DNA of 64,000 nucleotides from a virus. Its lineage: Duplodnaviria; Heunggongvirae; Uroviricota; Caudoviricetes. A program made the position numbers and the translations under genes. The stretch lies in the IMG/VR virus record IMGVR_UViG_3300018080_000111; one strand, written 5' to 3'. The notes under the pieces were generated by a model. It was not told the DNA's origin. It did not search any database and worked only from the letters and a program-made list of their open reading frames with translations. Each line of letters starts with the position of its first letter. The first letter of the stretch is position 1. This document shows, one piece after another, positions 1 to 8,535 of this stretch.

Positions 1-356
1 GATTCAAGTAGTTGTTTATATAGATTTTTATCTGCCGATCCATTAGTTGATAGCGCCACCCTTTTAATACTTTCTTTTTTGGTTGTATGGCTAACCAATT
101 CTACTAGATCAGACCAGATTGTAGGTTCTCCCCCCGAAAATCTGATATTTTTTAGTCCCTGATCTGCCCAGAAGTCAACTACCTTCTTAGCCTTTTCCAA
201 GTCAATATCTGGAGTATTTCTTTTTCTGCAGTAGGTGCAATTAAAGTTACATTTAGAGGTTAGGAGAAGTTCACATCGATGAAGGGGTGAAAATTCTGAT
301 GTGTTACGTGCTCGGGCATCCTCCATTGTGTAAAAACCAATACTTTCAAGTTTCAT
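1..356 (-). CDS. Radical SAM protein, MoaA-like (partial; runs off the window start)
   Basis: Manual translation from ATG at 356: MKLESIGFYTMEDAR...CNFNCTYC...IRFSGGEPT...VALSTNGS. Has the CxxxCxxC motif and GGEP; ATGA overlap with the upstream gene's stop. Confidence 0.85.
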   Translation of the reverse strand, partial: MKLESIGFYTMEDARARNTSEFSPLHRCELLLTSKCNFNCTYCRKRNTPDIDLEKAKKVVDFWADQGLKNIRFSGGEPTIWSDLVELVSHTTKKESIKRVALSTNGSADKNLYKQLLE

Positions 357-898
357 ATTCTAAATCCTATTAATTTAGTTTTTATACTATCTCGCACAAT
401 TCTTTCCTCTTCTGGAAGCATGGACATATGCTCTCGGACTACTTTCCTAATAGATTTTCGATTTGCATCCATTTCATCCCTCATTTGTTCCGGTGGGGAT
501 AACAAAAGTTGGATATACTCCATTTCTCTTCCTCTCAGATTCTTTTTAAGATGAATGAGAAGATCGAGTTCTCTAATTGTATCTCGGACCACATTACGTG
601 AATGAAGAGACTCTGAAATTTCACTACCCAGAATCGGATCCTCCCGGTAGGATTTTTTCACCAGATCTCCAAAATGGTATATTACTGATCTGATGAGATA
701 TGTAGAGATTTTTCCTTTGGTTTCATCAATTCGACCCTTCTTTCGTATATGATGAATTATCACCCATTGGGCCTCACTCTCTAGATCCTGAAGGGTATAG
801 GTCGATGGTTGTTTCATCTTTGGTAGAAACATATACGCCAATTTTTTAATGTTTGGCCGGATCTCCTCAATTACTTTCTGTATTCCTCTGTCGGTCAT
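353..898 (-). CDS. Sigma-70-like RNA polymerase factor (region 2-like)
   Basis: IKKLAY...QDLESEAQWVII...KISTYLIRSVIYHFGDL resembles sigma region 2. Confidence 0.55.
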   Translation of the reverse strand: MTDRGIQKVIEEIRPNIKKLAYMFLPKMKQPSTYTLQDLESEAQWVIIHHIRKKGRIDETKGKISTYLIRSVIYHFGDLVKKSYREDPILGSEISESLHSRNVVRDTIRELDLLIHLKKNLRGREMEYIQLLLSPPEQMRDEMDANRKSIRKVVREHMSMLPEEERIVRDSIKTKLIGFRI

Positions 899-1025
899 GG
901 TTGATCTCCTTTTGTACTACTTTTACTAGGGACATACAGGCCCTGGTTCCTTGTACAACAATTTTTCGGGGTCCAATATACATTACTAGACACCCTAGAA
1001 TAAAACCAATTAGGTATTTTCCCAT
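867..1025 (-). CDS. Small hypothetical membrane protein
   Basis: MGKYLIGFILGCLVMYIG hydrophobic N-terminus; tightly packed between neighbours. Confidence 0.55.
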   Translation of the reverse strand: MGKYLIGFILGCLVMYIGPRKIVVQGTRACMSLVKVVQKEINHDRQRNTESN

Positions 1026-1411
1026 TATCTCCACCTTTTGAATGTGTCCTCGAAAGCTTTCCACACAAGAGTTCGATTTTCCTTGGTTGAAAATAAACCT
1101 GCCCATGTTCGAGTCCTCTTTTCTTTGCCATCGAGAATGACATCAGAGAAATTCCCCTTTAGCAATCTTTGGAGAGCAATCTTTTTTCCGACTCTCTTGT
1201 TGTATGTATCTAAGGGGTTCAAAATTGACTCCGCCTCAGCCAGAGTATTTTTCATCCCATTAGGACTTAATTCATACAGAATGCAGAGAGTGTCAATCAA
1301 TTCTCTTGGTTCCCGGCCCCTTTTTGATGGAATCTCTCTTTTCCTTTTGTGAAAATCAATTTGAAGTCGGATCGGATTTCCCGACGCTGGATCTTTTATC
1401 GTACATCTCAT
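1025..1411 (-). CDS. Hypothetical phage protein
   Basis: 128-aa ORF in operon; contains LNPLDTYNKRVGKKIALQR, a pattern common in small phage proteins. Confidence 0.6.
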   Translation of the reverse strand: MRCTIKDPASGNPIRLQIDFHKRKREIPSKRGREPRELIDTLCILYELSPNGMKNTLAEAESILNPLDTYNKRVGKKIALQRLLKGNFSDVILDGKEKRTRTWAGLFSTKENRTLVWKAFEDTFKRWR

Positions 1412-1412
1412 T

Positions 1413-1814
1413 TTAATTTCCTTTCATTTCAGTTTCTTCGATTTTCTTGGGGCTTAGTTCATCCAACCACTCATTCGCTAGACCAACGACTTTGTTTGGC
1501 AACTCTTGAACCTTCTCATCATTTACTATCATTGGAATTAACTTTATTGCAGCCATTTCTTTGGTGCTCGGAGTCAGTGCTGCTCCCATAATTATTAGAA
1601 GGGATGGAAGAATACCAAATGCGGATAGAAAAATCCATTTATTGTATCTCTTTTTCTCCTCCTCATCGAATTCGTCACGTCTTGAAGCGAGTAGGACAAC
1701 AAGAATAATTCCCAATACTACAAGGAAGGATATCCCAATAGCCCACCCTAGTCCGCAAATGTAATCCATTCTGGTTAACCAATATATTTGACTTTCGGTT
1801 ACAATTGAATTCAT
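1413..1814 (-). CDS. Hypothetical membrane protein (2 TM)
   Basis: Two hydrophobic segments in a 133-aa ORF. Confidence 0.7.
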   Translation of the reverse strand: MNSIVTESQIYWLTRMDYICGLGWAIGISFLVVLGIILVVLLASRRDEFDEEEKKRYNKWIFLSAFGILPSLLIIMGAALTPSTKEMAAIKLIPMIVNDEKVQELPNKVVGLANEWLDELSPKKIEETEMKGN

Positions 1815-1962
1815 TTTAATTTCCTTTCGATTTATATTTTCTTTAGTCTTTTTTCAATCATCCTGAGTGCTTTTGCATCATTCTGTTCAATGGGTCTTTT
1901 CCATTTGTTTTTATACTTCCACCATTCTACTGCCTCCCAAACTGATTTTTCATCCTTATTGC

Positions 1963-2268
1963 TCATAGTTCCTCATCAAAAATGGGTGGAATCCGTCCAT
2001 ATACGTTGTTCTGTTCCTTCCAATCGTTGTATAATTCCATTGGAGTCTGTGGAATATCCTTTTTAAATAGCTCTGGTGGTTTCTTAATTTCAGGATCAAA
2101 ACATATTCGAACATAATCGAATCCGCCGTCAATGGATACTTTTCCACAAAAGCAGGTTCTGAGATCATGACAAGCCCGGCTAAAAATGGTATATCCACAA
2201 ATAGGGCAAGTTATGGCATTTACTGTCGTCACAAGATTCCCCTTAAAGCTTGCTTGAAATTTCATCAA
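1963..2268 (-). CDS. Zn-binding phage protein (DUF7695-like)
   Basis: CPICG...HDLRTCFCGKVSIDGG motif. Confidence 0.65.
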   Translation of the reverse strand: MMKFQASFKGNLVTTVNAITCPICGYTIFSRACHDLRTCFCGKVSIDGGFDYVRICFDPEIKKPPELFKKDIPQTPMELYNDWKEQNNVYGRIPPIFDEEL

Positions 2269-3316
2269 TGATTGAATTCAAATCTTCGACATTCTCTTCG
2301 GTGTGATTAATCACCCAATATCTGTCCAACGCAAGAATGATGGCCTGATCCTTTGGAATGTTTAACCGGTCGGATAAAAGGTCAACGTATTGGACAAAGG
2401 CGTCCACGAACTCAGTTCTATTTACTATGGGGTCTTTTGAAAGACTTAAAACAATTCCTCTTAATTGAGAACAAAGTTCGCAAGGAAAAATTTCCGTGGG
2501 GGAAGCTAATCCACTTGTCATATAGATTTGAAGCTTTTTGGGATCTCCTCCTACTTCCCCAATCAACCATTTTACTAATGCGGGACACCCGGACTTATCT
2601 AAGTCAAAAATGGTGGGAATTCGAGATTCGGACTGAAGGCCCGGAATAAATATATGACCCGGAGGATTCGGTTTGGGTTCTGGTTCAGGCTCTGGTTCAG
2701 TGTCCGGTTGGGGCTCTGGACAACAAGGGGGCTTGGGTCTGGGGGCACAGGATGCCGCGATCGGCCTATCGATGGCCTGGGAAAAATTATCTCCTGCAGC
2801 AAGTACTAATCCTGATTGTACGGTTCCTAAAATCTGAACCTGTCCCGTTCCTTCGCCAAGATTTAAATGATCCAATCCCTTTTGGACAACCTGATTAAAA
2901 TTCTGGTCGGTAATCCCTTGGCCGGATACCATCAGTTGGGGGACATTAATTACAGAGCTTCCTGAAAAGATAATTCCCGCAGGATTAACAACAAAGACTC
3001 TTCCATTAGCAGTAAGGGCACCATTAAAAATGGTTGGAATACTCCCCGAGGTAATTCGGTTAAGGACGGCCGAGGAGCTGTTCTTCTTTCCATCCAAGTA
3101 TTGCTCAAAAGTTACGGACTGTTTTGAGCTTGTATTGAAATTACTCCAATTAATCACCGAACCATTTTGTGTCTCAATAATTGTATGGTCTCCCCATTGA
3201 GTTGGGGTAGCTCCCGAAGAGGAGATCATATCGCCCGGAGTAAGGGCGTATGTTTGGGTGGAGATCAAACTTACAATGAGTAATAGAATGATAGTTAGCA
3301 TGGTTTTTAATTTCAT
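2243..3316 (-). CDS. Secreted protein with filamentous haemagglutinin N-terminal (TPS) domain
   Basis: Signal peptide; INWSNFN...VLNRITSG...NGRVFVVNPAGIIF (Haemagg_act motifs); PE/PK-rich linker; Cys-containing C-terminal domain. Confidence 0.85.
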   Translation of the reverse strand: MKLKTMLTIILLLIVSLISTQTYALTPGDMISSSGATPTQWGDHTIIETQNGSVINWSNFNTSSKQSVTFEQYLDGKKNSSSAVLNRITSGSIPTIFNGALTANGRVFVVNPAGIIFSGSSVINVPQLMVSGQGITDQNFNQVVQKGLDHLNLGEGTGQVQILGTVQSGLVLAAGDNFSQAIDRPIAASCAPRPKPPCCPEPQPDTEPEPEPEPKPNPPGHIFIPGLQSESRIPTIFDLDKSGCPALVKWLIGEVGGDPKKLQIYMTSGLASPTEIFPCELCSQLRGIVLSLSKDPIVNRTEFVDAFVQYVDLLSDRLNIPKDQAIILALDRYWVINHTEENVEDLNSIIDEISSKL

Positions 3317-3361
3317 TTTGTTTTCCTTTCTAAAAATTACTATTTTCTGGTTATCAATAAA

Positions 3362-3829
3362 CTATCTTTTCTTTCTTTGTAATCTTCGAGCTGAGCCAAC
3401 TAAACATACTCCCATACTTCCAAGAAGAACGGCTCCCGGAGCAGGAATGGGTCGAACTGGTTCATTCTCGGGGTTCTGGAACATTTTTCCCAGATCCTCC
3501 CAGGTTCCCCAATCTTTTTCCTCGATAAAATTCTGGCAGATTGGAAAAGATGTCACCTTGGTACGAATCTTTTCAATACTCCCCTTCAGGCATGTGTCTT
3601 CGGTCCAGAGGAAATATTTCTTTGTTCCCCAATCAATACCGAAGACATGTTCACAGATCCAAAAATACCATTTGTTGATTAAGGAATCGTCATCTTTGTG
3701 CTTATTTTGAATGTGTAGTTTCCAGTATCCATCTGGATTTGGTTTTGGATAACATAGACCCGCCTTGGCGCTTACACAAACACCGAAAAGTAATACGAAT
3801 ACGACACAGTACAGCACAAACTTCTTCAT
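3362..3829 (-). CDS. PEP-CTERM-like sorting-signal protein (IPAPGA variant)
   Basis: N-terminal signal peptide; C-terminal IPAPGAVLLGSMGVCLVGSARRLQRKKR = motif + TM helix + basic tail. Confidence 0.8.
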   Translation of the reverse strand: MKKFVLYCVVFVLLFGVCVSAKAGLCYPKPNPDGYWKLHIQNKHKDDDSLINKWYFWICEHVFGIDWGTKKYFLWTEDTCLKGSIEKIRTKVTSFPICQNFIEEKDWGTWEDLGKMFQNPENEPVRPIPAPGAVLLGSMGVCLVGSARRLQRKKR

Positions 3830-3862
3830 CTCTCTTCTCCTAAAAAGGAATTAAAATGGATA

Positions 3863-4264
3863 TTAGGGTACATCGACCCAACGAACAAAAGTTACTTTGT
3901 AGATATCTTGACCCATCCGATTGTGATGGTTCTTTGCATCTTCATCCCTCCCTTTCCAACCATTTATCTCGAAGCACGAAATACAGTCTCGTATGTCCTT
4001 ATCGGTTTTGTTCGGGAGAAACATAATATTTTCTGTTTTCACCTCTCTCTTCTTTCCAGCGAGATCGAATCTTCCAAGAGTATATTCTATATCTTGTGAT
4101 GAAAGTCCAGTAACCGCATTGCCGAAGGCCTCATACGATATCTTGATTTCTAGAAGGTTGATACCGGATAATTCATCTTCAATTCGGATTCCGATATAGT
4201 TTTCCTCCACGTTTGATGTCACTCGACCGATCGATATATTACCTTTCAGGTATTCACGATTCAT
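3863..4264 (-). CDS. Hypothetical protein
   Basis: ORF in operon; start moved to MNREYLKG after GGAG. Confidence 0.6.
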   Translation of the reverse strand: MNREYLKGNISIGRVTSNVEENYIGIRIEDELSGINLLEIKISYEAFGNAVTGLSSQDIEYTLGRFDLAGKKREVKTENIMFLPNKTDKDIRDCISCFEINGWKGRDEDAKNHHNRMGQDIYKVTFVRWVDVP

Positions 4265-4463
4265 TTTTATTCTCCTTTTGGATATCTTCATCTAATCGAT
4301 CAAGAAGACTTTGGATATATTCTTTTCTTCGTTCCGGATCAGGAAAGGCTTGGGAAATTAGAAAATCCAAAATCTCCAGTTCTCTCTTTTGTTTCTTCGG
4401 GAGGATCTCCTCCCGATTTACCTTCCGTCTTTTCTTAAACTTTGGACCTCTCTTCTTGCTCAT
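4254..4463 (-). CDS. Hypothetical protein
   Basis: 69-aa ORF overlapping both neighbours. Confidence 0.5.
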   Translation of the reverse strand: MSKKRGPKFKKRRKVNREEILPKKQKRELEILDFLISQAFPDPERRKEYIQSLLDRLDEDIQKENKNES

Positions 4464-4759
4464 AAATTCTCCTCTGCAGCAATCGCGTCAACTGCATCCT
4501 TTGCTGTTTTTAAGTCCACCAGGCACTCATCTCGATATAGTTTGATCGCCTGGAATTTCCTATTCTGTCTGAGAAGACCAATTATTTGATCCTTTAAAGT
4601 GGGGTGGAGTTTCCGATATGTGGATACCAGAGTTCCCGGATTCTCTTGAGCCAGACTGAGAAGAAAGGATACACTGTCAAATTTGTCCGGATTAAATCGG
4701 ACCTTAGAAATGATTTGAATTGCCTCTTGAAAACTTTGAGCATCTTTGGATAGTTTCAT
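4460..4759 (-). CDS. Protein with ribosomal L7/L12 C-terminal-like domain
   Basis: KFQAIKLYRDECLVDLKTAKDAVDAI matches the AIKxxRxxxGxxLKEAKxxVD pattern. Confidence 0.6.
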   Translation of the reverse strand: MKLSKDAQSFQEAIQIISKVRFNPDKFDSVSFLLSLAQENPGTLVSTYRKLHPTLKDQIIGLLRQNRKFQAIKLYRDECLVDLKTAKDAVDAIAAEENL

Positions 4760-4792
4760 TTTAAGTTCCTTAAATAGTTTCTCTTCTTATAT

Positions 4793-5053
4793 TTAAATTA
4801 TAACATACTTTTCTCCATCGGCAAACAAATTAGGTCGGTTTTCTAGATATTCAAGAACTTTTTGCAAGGCCTTTATGGCCAGTTCCTCGACGGGATTCTT
4901 CCTTTCATGTTTGACCTTTCCTATAATTTTTGGGCCATAATGTATGTTATACTCGCACTCGCCTTCAAAGTCCTGGGTTACTCCTGGACTAATATTATGA
5001 GCGCCAATAACTTTGATAGTTCGGTGATTTACTTTTAGTTGTATGACTAACAT
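4793..5053 (-). CDS. Hypothetical protein
   Basis: 86-aa ORF preceded by AGGAG. Confidence 0.55.
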   Translation of the reverse strand: MLVIQLKVNHRTIKVIGAHNISPGVTQDFEGECEYNIHYGPKIIGKVKHERKNPVEELAIKALQKVLEYLENRPNLFADGEKYVII

Positions 5054-5072
5054 CTTATCTCCTAAAATTAAA

Positions 5073-5157
5073 CGGAGCGAGGAGGATTCAAACCCCCAGT
5101 GCTTTTACACACTGTGGTTTTCAAGACCGCCGCCATAAGCCATTCGGCCATCGCTCC
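5073..5157 (-). tRNA. tRNA-Ser(UGA)
   Basis: Acceptor stem GGAGCGA/TCGCTCC, anticodon loop CTTGAAA, long variable arm, T-arm GGGGG-TTTGAAT-CCTCC, discriminator G, no encoded CCA. Confidence 0.92.
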
Positions 5158-5576
5158 TAGATTATTTATTGTACCATTTCGATTTTGAAATGTGTCCAGA
5201 GATCTCCAACCCTGCCAACAATTCTGAAGTCCAACTTATGCCCATTAGTCCCACAAGGAATATGTTTGCCGGAAGTCTCCTAGTTCTTTTCCGCTGATGG
5301 TTTCAGATTTTGCGTATATTCTATCTTCTTTCCTTCCTCCCCTAAAGAAGGTCTCATGAAGGTTTTGGCATTGGATTCCTCAATCTAGTACCAGTTTCTT
5401 TTCTAGTTCCCCGATCAAATGTTTTGTCTGTTCATTTGTTAGCATTGTAGTCTCCTATTCTACCACAATGCAATGTTGACCGCCACAAACAAGGCCCACC
5501 ATTGCGGATGGTAAAAATCCCAAATTGGTAGGGTATCAAATATTTCAACTATTTTGGTTTTGAACTTGCGCATATC

Positions 5577-5789
5577 TCACTTTATTATTTCATGCCACCA
5601 AAGAAAGAAGTAAATTTCATCCCATATCCATTCCAAAAATGCCCAGACAAATCCTAGTATAAGAAGGAAAAGGGCAAAGAATACTGGAATAAGAACAGAA
5701 GACCATTCCCAATTTATGACATGAAGAACTTTTAGGGTTGGGAGGAAGCCCAGAATGGTTATTGCCCTAACTATTTTTAATAGAATCAT
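5577..5789 (-). CDS. Small membrane protein
   Basis: Two hydrophobic stretches. Confidence 0.55.
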   Translation of the reverse strand: MILLKIVRAITILGFLPTLKVLHVINWEWSSVLIPVFFALFLLILGFVWAFLEWIWDEIYFFLWWHEIIK

Positions 5790-5790
5790 C

Positions 5791-6087
5791 TTACTTTCTC
5801 CACAAAGGATGACGTTCGAGATCTAATTGTTTCATAATATCTTCCCAGGTTCCGTCATTACATCCGGCCCAGGATCGAGAATTAAAACTATCCGGTTTCT
5901 GTCCTTCCGGATATGTATAATACCAGAAATCAGATGACACGGATTTTAGAATATACCGTCCGCAAAAGGTTTCTATGACGGCTATCTTTCCAGATTGGAG
6001 AGCCTCGTTTACAGCCACCATCTCGAGTTGAATTGCCTCAGAAATGGCTCGTAATCTCTCTTTTCCTTCTTTGGTACTTTGTCTCAT
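5791..6087 (-). CDS. Hypothetical protein
   Basis: 98-aa ORF with upstream GGAG. Confidence 0.55.
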   Translation of the reverse strand: MRQSTKEGKERLRAISEAIQLEMVAVNEALQSGKIAVIETFCGRYILKSVSSDFWYYTYPEGQKPDSFNSRSWAGCNDGTWEDIMKQLDLERHPLWRK

Positions 6088-6204
6088 TTTCTACTCCATT
6101 GCCACATATTGATACTCATCCGGTTGGATCTTGGATGGGCAGTGTTTATCTGTTCTTTTGGTTGTCATCTTTTTCCTTCCTAATTTAACTCTTCTTACAT
6201 TTAA

Positions 6205-6232
6205 ATTATAACCCATTTTAAAGGAAAAACAA
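6205..6232 (-). promoter_or_regulatory. Sigma70-like promoter (leftward)
   Basis: TTGTTT-N16-TATAAT followed by TTAAATGTAAGAAGAG; a near-identical downstream motif occurs at 4781-4802. Confidence 0.55.
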
Positions 6233-6433
6233 ACAAAAAATCAAGAAAAATTAAATTTTTTCTGTATCCAATAATATCCCTGTTTTTGGATCAAAAATAA
6301 GGGTAAACTATTTGAAACCCTGCCAATATAATGGATAGGTTGATCACCTCTTAAAATCGAGCCTGGAGAGGATCCAGGTAAACTGGCTGTATGATATATT
6401 TGGGTCCAGTCCCAAAATTTTCTAATTTTCCCC

Positions 6434-6462
6434 TTGGCTTTCTTGAAATATGCGTTATAATT
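6434..6462 (+). promoter_or_regulatory. Sigma70-like promoter (rightward, drives the plus-strand island)
   Basis: TTGGCT-N17-TATAAT followed by TTATATGTA. Confidence 0.65.
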
Positions 6463-6564
6463 TATATGTACAGAAATGGAACAATTTTGGAGATCAAGAA
6501 AGATGACGGAAAGTCAGATGCAGTTGATCGCAAATTATATCCTAAAAGGAAAGAGAGGACTAGA

Positions 6565-6774
6565 ATGACAAAATTAACTAAACCAGTTACGATTGATAAA
6601 AGACAGGAATTTGGTCTAGTTGACGGTTTCGAATATGTAATCTGTGCTGCGAATGGCCATACTATAGCTACAGTTGATCAGAAGGGTGAATCAGGTAGAA
6701 AGATGGCGAGGTACATCGCAGATTCTATCAATGAGAGAATTATGAAAGAGGTGAAAAATGACGACAGAAATTAA
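6565..6774 (+). CDS. Hypothetical protein
   Basis: ATG at 6565 after GAGAGGA (MTKLTKP...). Confidence 0.6.
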   Translation: MTKLTKPVTIDKRQEFGLVDGFEYVICAANGHTIATVDQKGESGRKMARYIADSINERIMKEVKNDDRN

Positions 6775-7069
6775 GGAAGACAAAAGAAGTTTGCATCGTC
6801 CGGGTTGGGATCATTTTGGTGTGGTTCGGGTTCCCGGAGAAAATGATTTTGAAATTGGTTCCGAGCTGGAAGGGAAATTTGCCCAGATAAAGACTAATAA
6901 TGGGATCTATACCAGAGCAAGAATTAGTCGTGTCGGGCGGGAAACCCTCTCGGTCCATTACGTAAGAAAGGTTACACGGGACAGAAAAACCAAGGAGCTC
7001 GTCCCGGAATGGAAATCAGACGTCATCAAGAAAAGGGATGTCCAGAACATTCGAATATACCGAGATTAG
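6758..7069 (+). CDS. Hypothetical protein
   Basis: GAGGTG SD; overlaps the previous stop. Confidence 0.65.
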   Translation: MTTEIKEDKRSLHRPGWDHFGVVRVPGENDFEIGSELEGKFAQIKTNNGIYTRARISRVGRETLSVHYVRKVTRDRKTKELVPEWKSDVIKKRDVQNIRIYRD

Positions 7070-7078
7070 GAGATTGAT

Positions 7079-7378
7079 ATGTGGCTTATTATTGATGATG
7101 AGAGAAATCTGGGTTGCGATGTTATTGCCCGGACTGCCGAGGCGGGTGCGAAGGTGCTTCATGCCATGTCTGGTTGTTTTGAGTGCCTCTGCATCGATCA
7201 TGATTTGGGGCCTGGAAAGTCCGGGTACGATGTAATAAGATCGTCTCTAAATAAGGGTTGTTTACCAAAGCAGGTGCAAATTGTATCTCAGAATCCGGTA
7301 GGTGCCCAGAATATTCGGAATCTATTAATGGATTCAGGATATACCTCTTCGGATAATATTAACTTCTTTCGATCCTAA
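7079..7378 (+). CDS. Cyclic-phosphate processing receiver-like domain protein
   Basis: WLIIDDER...CLCIDHDLGPGKSGYDVI...IVSQNPVG, the (L/I)DHDLG receiver variant. Confidence 0.75.
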   Translation: MWLIIDDERNLGCDVIARTAEAGAKVLHAMSGCFECLCIDHDLGPGKSGYDVIRSSLNKGCLPKQVQIVSQNPVGAQNIRNLLMDSGYTSSDNINFFRS

Positions 7379-7389
7379 AGGAGAATAAT

Positions 7390-7785
7390 ATGAGAATGTG
7401 GTTAGTGAAACCGTCAGTTCTTTGTCAGAAGCATTTAGGGGGAGAACATGTCGAGTGCCATATGTTCTTGGGGACGATTCGGAAAAGAAAGAGTGTTCAA
7501 GGGTATTTAGACAATGGTCTGTTCGAACCTCTTAAGTTGCAAGAAAGGCATAATCAGCTTGCCGAGGAGTTAGTCCGAAGAAAGAAGTTAAAGTTCCGAG
7601 AAATAGGAAAGCCCTCAGAAAGTATTCTTCATAAATCTGAGTTGGCTTTGTCTCCAGATGATTGGGAATATCTTCAATACGTGGAAGGACTCCCCCGGAA
7701 AAGGATCGTCGAACTGGATTCTTTACTGGAACTGATGAGGAGATGTCCGGAATGTCGAAAACGAATTTTGTTGAATAAGAATTAA
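7390..7785 (+). CDS. Pyrimidine-dimer DNA glycosylase (endonuclease V-like)
   Basis: MRMWLVKPSVLCQKHLGGEHVECH matches the DenV-family N-terminus; HNQLAEELVRR. Confidence 0.75.
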   Translation: MRMWLVKPSVLCQKHLGGEHVECHMFLGTIRKRKSVQGYLDNGLFEPLKLQERHNQLAEELVRRKKLKFREIGKPSESILHKSELALSPDDWEYLQYVEGLPRKRIVELDSLLELMRRCPECRKRILLNKN

Positions 7786-8084
7786 ACTGGAATGATATAG
7801 ACGGGCTTTCCTGCTTTTAGGGTCAAATCGATGGTGTGTTTCGTCCCCTTAGACTGTTGATCCCAGAAAGCAACTATCATATGGGAGTAATCTACGATCT
7901 CCTTGTTCCGGATAAGACCTGCTGATTTTCCATGTTTATCCCAGTCCGGAAGAAATATCTTTGTGGGGATCCTACAGATATGGGCAAACCTCTCTGCAAT
8001 GCTATCAGGGCCTTTGGCTCCTCCTGAAACTATTTCTACGTTATACTTATCAGTTTCATTTGAAATCAACCTCAGTAACTTCAA
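7782..8084 (-). CDS. SLOG family (YspA/DUF2493-like) protein
   Basis: IVSGGAKGPD...DWDKHGKSAGLIRN...VAFWDQQSKGTKHTI. Confidence 0.85.
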   Translation of the reverse strand: MKLLRLISNETDKYNVEIVSGGAKGPDSIAERFAHICRIPTKIFLPDWDKHGKSAGLIRNKEIVDYSHMIVAFWDQQSKGTKHTIDLTLKAGKPVYIIPV

Positions 8085-8514
8085 TACCAGCTTCAGAAAA
8101 AAGACCTTTACCCATTTCTATGTCCTTTCCCCATCTTTCTAATTTATCAGAAGGGCAGATAGGACCTACTGATCTTTTAATTTTCTTTTCGATAAAATGG
8201 ATAGCACATTTAGTACAAGGAAGATATGGCCAAGTGTATAGGGTGTATCCTCTTATGTCTTCCGTTGTATGAAGAAGGGCGTTCATTTCACAATGGAGGA
8301 CCAATTTATATTTCAACTCTCGATTGTTATATCTTTCTTCTGTGTCTTTTATCTTACTAGGAAAACCGTTGTAACCTACGGACACAACTGTATTGTCAGG
8401 ACGGACTATAACGGCTCCCGTTTGGGTGCTGGGATCCTTTGACCAGGAGGAAACGAATTTACATAATTCTAAGAAACGTAGATCCCATTTATTTACTTTT
8501 GAATCTTTTACCAT
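8056..8514 (-). CDS. dCMP deaminase
   Basis: SKDPSTQTGAVI...GYNGFP...HCEMNAL...PCTKC. Confidence 0.92.
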   Translation of the reverse strand: MVKDSKVNKWDLRFLELCKFVSSWSKDPSTQTGAVIVRPDNTVVSVGYNGFPSKIKDTEERYNNRELKYKLVLHCEMNALLHTTEDIRGYTLYTWPYLPCTKCAIHFIEKKIKRSVGPICPSDKLERWGKDIEMGKGLFSEAGIEVTEVDFK

Positions 8515-8535
8515 AAGACCAACTCCCAGTATCTT

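Noticed and set aside
2640-2730. GAACCAGAGCCT-type repeats
   Set aside because: They encode the PEPEPEPKP linker of the haemagglutinin-domain protein.
5160-5445. Degraded ORF (MLTNEQ...LVLD*GIQ...)
   Set aside because: Several stops and no recognisable family, so it cannot be supported as a gene.
6095-6170. 25-aa ORF MTTKRTDKHCPSKIQPDEYQYVAME
   Set aside because: Looks like the remnant of a longer phage gene N-terminus; too short to call.
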